NCBI GenBank assembly: GCA_038087875.1
Contig: JAXLNO010000169.1
Location: 49,184-69,183, forward strand
DNA from: Malacoraja senta
Taxonomy: Eukaryota
Reading direction: 5' to 3'
DNA: 20,000 bases
Part shown: in pieces, positions 9,761 through 19,162 of the stretch
Position numbering within the stretch: position 1 is the first letter of the stretch
Layout: each line of letters opens with the position of its first letter
Program-made: the position numbers and the translations under genes
Notes under the pieces: model-generated
Seen by the model: only the letters and a program-made list of their open reading frames with translations
Database searches by the model: none
Told to the model about the DNA's origin: nothing

Positions 9761-9968
9761 ATAGACCCAGAGTGCTGGATTAACTCAGTGGGACAGGTAG
9801 CATCTCTGCAGAACATGGATAGGTGACGTTTCACAGATTGCTGGAGTAACTCAGCAGGTCTGGCAGCATCTATGGAGAGAAGGGATAGGTGGAGTTTTGG
9901 GTGACTCATTCCTTCTCCCCAGAAATGCTGCCTGTCCCGCTGAGTTACTCCAGCATTTGTGTGTCTAT
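9761..9968. mobile_element. Penelope-like pseudo-LTR cluster: two tandem minus copies plus one inverted plus copy
   Basis: About 9761-9832 (-), 9833-9902 (-), 9903-9968 (+) of the GCTGGAGTAACTCAGC..GGCAGCATCT..GGATAGGTGACGTTTC unit. Confidence 0.75.
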
Positions 9969-10074
9969 TCACTGCTACCTGTACTGTTCTATGGCTGCAA
10001 CATGGAATATGAAACATGCGACATGCAACATTTATCATGAAACGTAGAATATTAGTTTTGTAGTTAGATCAGTG

Positions 10075-10565
10075 AAGTTTAGTTTAGAGATACAGTGCGG
10101 AAACAGGCCCGTCGGCCAACCGAGTCAGCACCGACCAGCGACCATCCCTTACACTAACACTATCCTGCACACACTGGGGACAATTTTACACTTGTACCAA
10201 GCCAATTAATGTAGAAGGTGGAGATGGATCCTTTATTCCACATCTCTGGTTGATTAGTTTAGATTAGTTTAGTTTAAAGATACAGCGTGAAAACAAACCC
10301 TTTGGCCCACAGAGTCCGCGCCGACCAGCGATCACCCCGTACACTAACACTATCCTACACACACTAGGGTCAATTTACAATTTTTACCTAACCCAATTAA
10401 CTTACAAACCTGCACGTCTTTGGAGTGTGGGAGAAAACCAGAGCACCTGGGGAAAACCCACGTGGTCACAACGTACAAACTCCGTACAGACAGCACCCAT
10501 AGTTAGCATCGAACCCGGGTCTCTGAGCTGTGAGGCAGCAACTCTACCGCTGCGCCACCGTGCCG
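10075..10565 (-). mobile_element. Two tandem V-SINEs: 3' part (about 10075-10210) and full copy (about 10250-10565)
   Basis: TTTAG repeats plus GATACAG..GAAACAGGCCC tails; head reverse complement GCAACTCTACCGCTGCGCCACCGTGCC at about 10537-10565. Confidence 0.85.
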
Positions 10566-10599
10566 CTCATGGAACATGGAACATCTATCATGGAAAATG

Positions 10600-10745
10600 G
10601 AACTGTTCATGTTCATAAGTCAGAAGAGCAGTATTAGGCCATTCTGCCCATCAAGTCTACTCCGCCATTCAATCATGGCTGATCTATCGTTCCTCTCATC
10701 CCCAATCTCCTGCCTTCTCCCCATAACCCCTGACACCCGTACTAA
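10600..10745 (-). mobile_element. CR1 3' tail fragment
   Basis: GCCCATCAAGTCTACTCCGCCATTCAATCATGGCTGATCTATC..CCCCATAACCCCTGACACCCGTACTAATC. Confidence 0.75.
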
Positions 10746-10747
10746 TC

Positions 10748-10925
10748 TCCGTGTGCTCCAGTTCCTCCCACACTCCAAAGACGTGCAGATTTGTAGGTTA
10801 ATGGGCTTTGGTAAAATTGTAAAATTATCCCTAGTGTGTGTAGGAGAGTGCTAGTGTGCGGGGATCGCTGGTCGTTGCGGCAGGGCCTGTTTCCATGCTG
10901 TATCTCTAAGACAAAAACTAAAATT
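10748..10925 (+). mobile_element. 5'-truncated V-SINE
   Basis: TTCCTCCCACACTCCAAAGACG..GGGATCGCTGGTC..GGGCCTGTTTCCATGCTGTATCTCTAA. Confidence 0.8.
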
Positions 10926-10964
10926 AAATCTGATTTAATATCAGAGATAAAATTTAATCAGGAG

Positions 10965-11232
10965 GACAGTCAAATAGTCGGAGAACTAGGATGGGGGAGG
11001 GATAGAGAGAGAGAGGGAAAGCAAGGGTTACTTCAAGTTAGAGAAGTCAATAGAAGGATCTCAACCCGAAACGTCACCTATTAATTCTCTCAAGAGATGC
11101 TGCCTGTCCTGCTGAGTTATTCTAGCATTTTGTGTCTATTTTCAATATTCATAACAATGGGGTGTCAAAAAAAAGGGTGTAAGCTGCCAAAGCGAAATAT
11201 GAGGTGCTGTTCCTCCAATTTGCATTGGGTGA
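10965..11232 (-). mobile_element. Penelope-like element ORF C-terminus and 3' flank, with internal inverted pseudo-LTR insertion (11053-11141, +)
   Basis: Minus strand encodes QCKLEEQHLIFRFGSLHP ... MNID|FSNLK*, resembling the end of Penelope GIY-YIG ORFs; split by an insert flanked by TCAATA (11047-11052, 11142-11147). Confidence 0.75.
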
Positions 11233-11489
11233 GAGGCATTGTACCGAAAGGCCTCTTTGTCACTCTATATACATGAGGTGCCACTTTCTTTTGTATAACT
11301 AAAATTAACGGATAGTGGAATACATATTGGCTGGTTTGTGATGAACTGATTTCTATACTGCTTCTAATTTGACTGCATGGTTACTACGGCTCGGGAAATT
11401 GATGTAAATAGAATAAAATGTAATTTACTTTCTCTCAGAAGGTCTTTAAACAGGGATAATAATCTTGATCTTATTTAGTTGCTGGATAT

Positions 11490-11930
11490 CATAGATACAT
11501 AGATACATAGAAAATAGGTGCAGGAGTAGGCCATTCGGCCCTTCGAGCCTGCACCGCCATTCAATATGATCATGGCTGATCATCCAACTCAGTATCCCGT
11601 ACCTGCCTTCTCTCCATACCCCCTGATCCCTTTAGCCACAAGGGCCACATCTAACTCCCTCTTAAATATAGCCAATGAACTGGCCTCAACTACCCTCTGT
11701 GGCAGAGAGTTCCAGAGATTCACCACTCTCTGTGTGAAAAAGTTTTTTCTCATCTCGGTCTTAAAGGATTTCCCCCTTATCCTTAAGCTGTGACCCCTTG
11801 TCCTGGACTTCCCCAACATCGGGAACAATCTTCCTGCATCTAGCCTGTCCAACCCCATAAGAATTTTGTACGTTTCTATAAGATCCCCTCTCAATCTTCT
11901 AAATTCTAGCGAGTATAAGCCAAGTCTATA
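11490..11930 (-). mobile_element. CR1-type LINE 3' end, well preserved, with 8-bp repeat tail
   Basis: RGDLIETYKILMGLDRLDAGRLFPMLGKSRTRGHSLRIRGKSFKTEMRKNFFTQRVVNLWNSLPQ..FKRELD..GYGEKAG; (CATAGATA)n at about 11490-11510. Confidence 0.92.
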
Positions 11931-12004
11931 GGCAAATATTATACAGAAACTCAGATATGTTATCTAGTTATATTAAAACATAGTCCGTATATTACTGTAT
12001 ATTT

Positions 12005-12385
12005 CAGGTCAGGTCGGGGGGAGTTTCCCCCCGCCACGGGTATCATGTAATCCCGTGCTACCTGCTCCATGGTCGGATAGTCGGCGACTAAACCGTCTCC
12101 CCCACATGGTTTGTCAGGTGAGGAGGGGGTGTGGCCCCCCAGCAGGACCAAAAGCAAGACCTAGCGAGCCAATGGCCATCCACACTTCAGTAGAAGTTGC
12201 GATCACTGTCGTACATAGCATTGTAAGGAATGATGATAAAGCACACACACCAAAATCCTATACTTCCAGTGGCGGAAGTCCGCAGGAACTGGAGGACAGA
12301 GATGTGTGGTGCGTCCGTCACCGTTCCCGTTGGAAACCAGCACCACTGTGTCGCTAATGTTTTTAACGATGATGAATGAATGATG
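12005..12385 (+). mobile_element. Short structured element, probably bipartite non-autonomous RTE-type retroposon
   Basis: GC-rich hairpin-rich 5' part; 3' part reads SPQELEDRDVW (RTE-like ORF terminus); GATGATGAATGAATGATG tail; possible TGTATA duplication (11996-12001 / 12384-12389). Confidence 0.5.
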
Positions 12386-12513
12386 TATAGTACCGAGAGA
12401 TCACTGATGGTAAAAAAGATGAAAACACTATGGTTTCCTCAGAGTGCAAAATTAATAATGATCCATTTACCTTAATTTAGTTTAGTTTAGAGATACAGCG
12501 CGGAAACAGGCCC

Positions 12514-13910
12514 TCCCCAGCTTGTCTGAATGACTACCGTCCGATGGCCCTCACCTCGGTAGTCATGAAATGCTTTGAGAGGCTGGTCAAGAAACACATC
12601 TGCGCCTTCCTCCCTCGCAACATGGACCCGCTACAATTCGCATACCGTCCGAACAGATCCACGGACGATGCGGTCTCCCAGGTTCTGCACACCGCTCTCT
12701 CTCACCTTGACAGCCAGAAGGGGGGCTATGTGAGGATGCTGTTCATAGACTTCAGTTCAGCCTTCAACACGATAGTCCCCACCAGACTTGCTGAGAAGCT
12801 GCTGGAATTGGGGCTCAACACCCCCCTGTGTGCCTGGGTCCTGGACATTCTCACCGCCAGGCCCCAGATACTCAAGATGGGAGGAAATACATCGAAGTCC
12901 CTCACCCTGAGCACAGGATCCCCCCAGGGTTGCGTCCTCAGCCCCCTACTGTACTCCCTGTACACACATGACTGTGTGGCTAGGTTCAACTCCAACTCTA
13001 TAATCAAGTTTGCTGATGACACTGTGGTGGTGGGCCTGATCTCCGATAACAATGAGAAGGCCTACCGCGAGGAGGTGGCTGATCTGGCACTCTGGTGTCA
13101 GGACAACAGCCTCCTCTTGAATGTCAAAAAAACTAAGGAGCTGATCGTGGACTTTAGGAGGGCACAACATCCGAGGACGTACACACCATTGAGGATAAAT
13201 GGGGATACTGTGGATAGGGTGAGCTGCTTTAAATACCTGGGAGTCCACATCTCAGAGGATCTGACATGGACATCACACGCTGCAGCACTGGTGAGTAAGG
13301 CAAGGCAGCGCCTTTACCACCTCAGGCAATTGAGGAAATTCAGAGTGTCTCTGAGGATCCTCCAGTGCTTCTACTCAGCGGCTGTGAAGCACATCTTGTC
13401 CGGAAACATCACAATTTGGTTTAGGAACTGCTCTGCCCAAGACAAGAAGGCTCTGCAGAGAGTAGTGCGTTCTGCCGAATGCACTATGGGGACTACACTC
13501 GCCCCCCTGCAGGATCTGTACATCAGAAGATGCAACTCCAGAGCCAACAAGATCATGGGAGACACCTTCCACCCCAGCAACGGACTGTTCCAGCTGCTAC
13601 GGTCAGGCAAACACCTCCGTTGCCATGCTGTGAAAACGGAGAGGATAAGAAGGAGTTTCTTCCCAGAGGCCATTAGGACTAAACTCCTATCTCACCAGGG
13701 ACTAACTTTACTGAACCACTCTACTGTTGTGTGGGGTCTTTTTTAAATTGCTGTTTTTTCTTTTTTTTCCTCCCACAAATATGTAATATGTAAATATGTG
13801 ATTCTGTTCCATTCTGTTTTGTAGTTTTTTGCACAATCCACAAGCATTGCCACTTTTCATTTCACTGCACATCTCGTATGTGTATGTGACGAATAAACTT
13901 GACTTGACTT
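12514..13910 (+). mobile_element. 5'-truncated Rex1/Babar LINE
   Basis: Starts mid-ORF (PACLNDYRP), 3'UTR ends GTGACGAATAAACTTGACTTGACT. Confidence 0.92.
12544..13746 (+). CDS. Reverse transcriptase domain of Rex1/Babar LINE ORF2 (truncated, no endonuclease; ATG probably not the native start)
   Basis: 400-aa ORF with [66 protein letters not shown]; the frame continues upstream as NDYRP(M)ALTS. Confidence 0.9.
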   Translation: MALTSVVMKCFERLVKKHICAFLPRNMDPLQFAYRPNRSTDDAVSQVLHTALSHLDSQKGGYVRMLFIDFSSAFNTIVPTRLAEKLLELGLNTPLCAWVLDILTARPQILKMGGNTSKSLTLSTGSPQGCVLSPLLYSLYTHDCVARFNSNSIIKFADDTVVVGLISDNNEKAYREEVADLALWCQDNSLLLNVKKTKELIVDFRRAQHPRTYTPLRINGDTVDRVSCFKYLGVHISEDLTWTSHAAALVSKARQRLYHLRQLRKFRVSLRILQCFYSAAVKHILSGNITIWFRNCSAQDKKALQRVVRSAECTMGTTLAPLQDLYIRRCNSRANKIMGDTFHPSNGLFQLLRSGKHLRCHAVKTERIRRSFFPEAIRTKLLSHQGLTLLNHSTVVWGLF

Positions 13911-14200
13911 CAGCCCAAGTGCACACCAACCAGCGATCCCGCACATTAACACTATCCTACACACACTACGGACAATTTACAATCTTTACCGAAACCAATT
14001 AACCTACAAACCTGAAAGTCTTTAGAGTTTAGGAGGAAACCGAAACACCCGGAGAAAACGCACGTGGTCACTGGGTGAAGGTACAAACATCCGTACAGAC
14101 AACACCCGTAGTCGGGATCGAACCCATGTCTCTGGTGCTGTGATGCAGCAACTCTACCGCTGCGTCTCTGTGCCAACCCAAATTTATCTGAGTTAACTGC

Positions 14201-14495
14201 ATGGTGGTGCAATGGCAGAGTTGCTGCCTTACTGAGCCAGACACCCGGATTCAATCCCGACTACGGGTCCTGTCTGTACGTAGTTTATACGTTCTTCCCG
14301 TGACCTGATTGGGTTTTCTCCAAGATCTTTGGTTTCCTCTCACACTCCAAAGATGTACAGGTTTGTAGGTTAATTGGCTTGGAATAAATGTAAATTGTCC
14401 CTAGTGTTTGTAGGATCGTGCTAATATGCGGGGATCGCTGGTCGGTACGGAAGGGCCTGTATCTGCGCTGTATCTCTAAAACTAAAACTGAAACT
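14201..14495 (+). mobile_element. tRNA-derived V-SINE (HE1-like)
   Basis: TGGTGGTGCAATGGCAGAGTTGCTGCCT..GGATTCAATCCCGACTACGGG head; CTAAAACTAAAACTG tail. Confidence 0.85.
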
Positions 14496-14929
14496 ACATC
14501 TGATTTATCTGATTTATCAGAGCCCAGCGAACTAATTGAAAGAGTGTTCGTGTTTGCTATAGAATCAAATTACTCATTCTTAATACTCAATGCAGGGAAC
14601 CAAGAGCCGTAGTATCAAAACAAACAGAGGGTGTTGGATATCTGGCAAGGGATTACAGAATAACATGGAGTTGTTTTATTTGGAGCAAGAAGACAGCATG
14701 AATGTTTGTTCTTCTGTAGCTGAGCAGCAAGATTAGATCACTGCCTGCAGCCCCCTGTTGGAGATTTCATGCAGTTTAGATCATACAGAATTAAATGGTA
14801 ATAATGATAGGTTTTTTTGTTCAATACAGCAGACGGGCAATGAATGATAAAGTCATCCGAGGATATTGAGCTAATTTAGATGATGCAATGACAGAGAAAC
14901 TGTCCATATTTCTCTTTTGAGAGTACATA

Positions 14930-15410
14930 GTGTCATACAGCGTGGAAACAGGCCCTTCGGTCCAACTTGCCCACACCGACCACCATGCTCCATCTACACT
15001 AGTCCCACCTGCCTGCGATTGACTCGTAGCCCTCCAAACCTGTCCTATCCATGTACATGTGTAAGAAGGAACTGCAAATGCTGAATTACACCGATGATAG
15101 ACACAAAAATCTGGAGTAACTCAGTGGGACAGGCAGCATCTCTGGAGAGAAGGAATAGGTGAACGTCACCCATTCCTTCTATCCTTGTACCTGTCTAAAT
15201 GTATTTTAAATGTTATAGTACCTGCCTCAACTACCTCTTCTGGCAGCTCCTTCTAAATGCCTACATCCTAACCCCATTCTCCTGCCTTCTCCCCATAACC
15301 CCTGACACCCGTACTAATCAAGAATCTATCTATCTCAGCCTTAAAAATATCCACTGACTTGGCCTCCACAGCCTTCTGTGGCAATGAATTCCACAGATTC
15401 ACCACCCTTA
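14930..15410 (-). mobile_element. CR1 3'-tail fragments containing a Penelope-like insert (about 15061-15178)
   Basis: GGAAACAGGCCCTTCGG..CCTGTCCTATCCATGTAC resumes as CTATCCTTGTACCTGTCTAA after the insert. Confidence 0.75.
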
Positions 15411-15560
15411 GCTTCCTTACCAAAGGACTTAAGGAAATCCACCATTAGCAGACCTCTGCTGTATCAGAATATAATTAATAGAATCTGTAATACCCCTGTA
15501 TTATGTTATGTACCTGTCTAATTACTGTGCCTGTCTAGTTACCAGGACTCGAGGGTCTGA

Positions 15561-15970
15561 CAAAATGTGTAGGAAGGAACTGCAGATGCTGGTTTAAACT
15601 GAAGATAGATACGAAAAGCTGGAGTAACTCAGCAGGACAGGTAGCATCTCTAGAGAAGGAATGGGTGACGTTTCAGGTCGAGACCCTTCAGATTGAGAGT
15701 CAGGACAAAGGGAAACGAGAGATATAGAGGGTGATAGAGAGAGATACACCCTTATCTCTCCATCCCTCCCCACCCAAGGCATCGTACTAGTTTAACTGTC
15801 ATCCTGGAGAGTTTCACTGTCTGTATAACTTGTTATCACCTCCCCACAGCCAACAATGGACCATTGTGGACTCCTCCTTTCCTTGATCATTGTTACTTTT
15901 TTGCATATCTCTCATTCATGTGTTCTATGTCTGTCTACATCACTGAGTTCTCCAGCTTTTTGTACCTATT
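15561..15970. mobile_element. Penelope-like insertion (minus pseudo-LTR then plus-strand 3' region) inside a CR1 fragment, 13-bp TSD
   Basis: CTCGAGGGTCTGA at 15548-15560 and 15971-15983; removing the insert restores CR1 LPGLEGLSYRDRLSSLG. Confidence 0.8.
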
Positions 15971-16120
15971 CTCGAGGGTCTGAGCTATAGGGACAGATTG
16001 AGCAGCCTGGGACACTATTACCTGGAGCTCAGGAGGGTGAGAGGTGTACTTCTCTTTAATCCCCCCCGCTCTTTGCCTCTCCCCTGAACCCTTCCACCTA
16101 TATAGATAGATGGGTGTATT

Positions 16121-16439
16121 TTGTTTAGTTTGGTTTAGAGACACAGTGTGGAAACAGGCCCTTCGGCCCACTGAGTCTGCACTGACTAGCGATCACCCCG
16201 TACACAAACACTATCCTACATTCACTGGGAACAATTTTACATTTACACCAAGCCAATTAACCGACAAACCTGCACGTCTTTGGAGTGTGGGAGGAACCGA
16301 GGATCTCAGAGAAATCCCACGTGGTCACGGGGAGAATGTTCAAACTCCATACAGACAGCACCCGTAGTCAGCATCGAACCCGGGTCTGTGGTGCTGTGAG
16401 GCAGCAACTCTACCACTGCGCCACCGTGTTGCCCTTATT
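16121..16439 (-). mobile_element. Full-length V-SINE with 12-bp TSD
   Basis: GATGGGTGTATT (16109-16120) / GATGGGTATATT (16440-16451). Confidence 0.88.
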
Positions 16440-16483
16440 GATGGGTATATTGATGAATAGATAGATTAATTGATTGATAGGTA

Positions 16484-16515
16484 GTCTGAAGAAGGGTATC
16501 GACCTGAAACGTCAC
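16484..16515 (+). ncRNA. Minimal type-I hammerhead ribozyme core (Penelope-associated)
   Basis: CUGAAGA (16486-16492), stem II AGG/CCU or GGGU/ACCU, GAAAC-GUC (16506-16513, palindromic ACGU), stem I only GU/AC. Confidence 0.55.
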
Positions 16516-16942
16516 CCATTCCTTCTCTCCACAGTTGCTGCCTGTCCCGCTGCGTTACTACAGCATTTTGTGTCTATCTCTGGTTTAAACTAGCTTAGAG
16601 TGATGGAGTGATACCGTGTTGAAACAGGCCCTTCGGCCTAACTTGCCCACACCGGCCAACATTTCCCAGCTACACTAGGCCCACCAGCGTGCGTTTGGTC
16701 CATATCCCTCCAAACCTGTCCTATCCATGTACCTGTCTAACTGTTTCTTAAACGTTGGGATAGTCCCAGCCTCAACTACCTCCTCTGGCAGCTTGTTCCA
16801 TACGCCCACCACCCTTTGTGTGAAAAAGTTTAAACCTATGTCCTCTTGTCCTTGATTCACCTCCTCTGGGCAAGAGACTCTGTGCATCTACCTGATCTAG
16901 TCCTCTCATGAGGAACAGCATCTGCAGTTCCTTCCTGTCCAC
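16484..16942 (+). mobile_element. Penelope-like pseudo-LTR (16484-16592 and 16915-16942) interrupted by a minus-strand CR1 tail (about 16595-16910)
   Basis: GGTTTAAAC ... CAGCATCTGCAGTTCCTTCC halves rejoin; the insert encodes NFFTQRVVGVWNKLPEEVVEAGTIPTFKKQLDRYMD. Confidence 0.8.
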
Positions 16943-17332
16943 CTATTGACTGTGAAGGCAAGAAAGTACTGCCCGAGTCCTGCTAATACCCAGTAACAGA
17001 ACAAATTGACAGAGGTGCTTGAATGAATTGACAATCTGTAAAGAGATTTATAAATTTAATCTCAAGTGTTTTATTATCCTCCTTTGTAGGCTTCTGCTTA
17101 TGATTATATATGAGGGATTTCAGATGATAATTTCATCTTGGTAAGTCTGCTTGTCTGGGCAGTAATAGCTACAGAATCACATGCAATGCGGTTTATGCAT
17201 ATTATTTCTGCAGTCACATCATGCATGCTGCAACATTCACGATCTTGACTTTGGTGGTCAGGGCCATGCAAGAAATATTTAAGGCGGAGATTAACAGATT
17301 CTTGATTCTTGATTAGTAAAGGTGTCAGGTGT

Positions 17333-18345
17333 TATAGAAACATAGCAAATAGGTGCAGGAGTAGGCTATACAGCCCTTTGAGCCAGCACCGCCATCCAAT
17401 ATGATCTTGGCTGATCATCCAGGATCAGTACCCCGTTCCTGCTTTCTCACCATATCCCTTGATTCCGTTAGCCCTAATAGCTAACTCCAACTCTCTTGAA
17501 AACATCCAGTGAATTGGCCTCCACTGGCTTCTGTGGCAGAAAATTCCACAGATTCACAACTCTCTGGGTGAAAATGTTTTTCCTCATCACAGTCCTAAAT
17601 AGCCTACCTTTTATTCTTAAACTGTGACCCCTGGTTCTGGACTCACCCAACATGGGGAAATTTTTTCCTGCATCTAGCCTGTCCAGTCCTCACCCATTCC
17701 TTCTCTCCAGAGTTGCTGCCTGTCCTGCTGAGTTACTCCAGCATTTTGTGTCTATCTCTGGTTTAAAATAGCTTAGAGCCATGGAGTTCTGGGCAGTGGG
17801 CAGGTGCTATAGACCTGCACGGGAAGGTAGACGCTCCCGCCCCCACGAGTCTCGGGCAGATGGGGCTCATCAGCCTGGGAAGGCAGTCCATCTAGGAGAG
17901 GGAAAACTCTGATTTAATGCCTCCACTGCCTTGTGACCATATCCAGTCATGGAAAAGGCTCCAGGAGTAAACCTCAAGAAAATCCGGAGTCGGAGCCCCT
18001 AAGGCAGTTCGTCGTTAACTACAACCTCGCTCTGGTAGCTCCTGCGACGGCGCTGGTGCCAAACTAACGGCCCTGCTGTTCCTTTGGATCGATCAGCGAC
18101 GTGGAGAGGGGGGACGTACTGCATGGGCAACAGCCTGTCCTCCATATGACATCGCCCAGGCTTGCATCCGACCAGTCAGGACCAAGGGGGGCCTACTACT
18201 AGCCTGTCCAATGTAATATGTTTCTATAAGATCCCCTCTCATCCATCAAAATTCCTGCGAATACAAGCCCAGTCGATCCATTCTTTCATCATATGTCAGT
18301 CCCACCATCCCAGGAATTAACCTGGTGAACCTACACTGCACTTCC
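17333..18345 (-). mobile_element. CR1-type LINE 3' fragment interrupted by a composite insertion (17686-18198)
   Basis: Matches 11505-11930; CTAGCCTGTCCA duplicated at 17674-17685 and 18199-18210. Confidence 0.85.
17790..18200 (+). mobile_element. Non-coding structured retroposon, probably RTE 5'UTR-derived, CTACTA tail
   Basis: GGCAGTCCATCTAGGAGAGGGAAAACTCTGATTTAA (17882-17917) resembles the conserved RTE-type 5'UTR block (from memory); ends GCCTACTACT next to the TSD. Confidence 0.5.
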
Positions 18346-18409
18346 CGCAGGAGATGGCAGGAGAATGGGGTTAGGAGGGAAACATATCTCTAAATTAAAA
18401 CTAACATAA

Positions 18410-18600
18410 AGTTCTCCTCCTCTCTCTGACGGGAGTTCTGTGAGACGCTCTCTCACCGTTAAGACCATGTTATCCACCCACTCCCACCCCCTCACCTGTA
18501 TCCTCCTATCACTCACCGGGCTTTGACCCACCCACAACTCTTCCAGCTTTCTCTCCCCCCTACCTCAATCAGTCTGAAGAAGTTTCCTGACTGGAAATGT
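18410..18600 (+). mobile_element. Penelope-like 3' region ending in a decayed hammerhead core
   Basis: Pyrimidine-rich UTR then CAGTCTGAAGAAGTTTCCTGACTGGAAATGT (CTGAAGA 18574-18580). Confidence 0.55.
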
Positions 18601-18985
18601 GTACAATTTTACCAAAGGCAATTTACCTAGAAACGGTACGTCTTTGGAGTGTGGGAGGAAACTGGAGCACCCAGAGAAAACTCACACAGGTCACGGGGAG
18701 AACATGCAAACTCCGTACAGATAGCACCCGTAGTCAGGATCGAACCGGGGTCACTGGCGCTGTGAGGCAGCAACTCTACCGCTGTGACCGCATGGGTTTT
18801 CTCCGGATGCTCCGGTTTCCTCCCACATCCCAAAGATGTACAGATTTGTAGGTTAATTGGCTTCTGTAAATTGTCCCTAGTGTGTGGGATAACGTTAGTG
18901 CACGGGGATCGCTGGTCGGTGCGGACTCAGTCGGCTGAAGGGCCTGTTTCCATGCTGCATCTCCAAACTAAACTAAACTAAACTC
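18601..18985. mobile_element. Inverted fused V-SINE (minus about 18601-18785, plus about 18785-18985)
   Basis: The minus part carries head plus core; the plus part starts at GTGACCGCATGGGTTTTCTCC and ends in (CTAAA)n. Confidence 0.8.
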
Positions 18986-19162
18986 ATTAAAAATATCCAT
19001 TGACTTGGCCTCCACAGCCTTCTATGGCAATGAATTCCACACATGAAGGGACCAGAAACAACGCCTATCCATGTTTTCCAGGGGGGTGCTGCCTCCTGCT
19101 GGGTTACTCCAGCATGTTGTATCTTTTTTTTTGTAAACCATTTTGTGTCAATCTTATACAGA

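Larger units (their letters stand above)
12475..14180 (-). mobile_element. V-SINE split by the Rex1 insertion (tail 12475-12513, remainder about 13910-14180)
   Basis: GAAACAGGCCCT (to 12513) joins TCAGCCCA..CAGCGATCCCGCAC (from about 13909) to rebuild the SINE consensus. Confidence 0.8.

Noticed and set aside
12055..12357. 100-aa ORF as a gene
   Set aside because: Spans a structured UTR-like region; only the last residues resemble a LINE ORF end.
12726..13676. Several overlapping 65-108 aa ORFs
   Set aside because: Alternate-frame or antisense shadows of the RT ORF.
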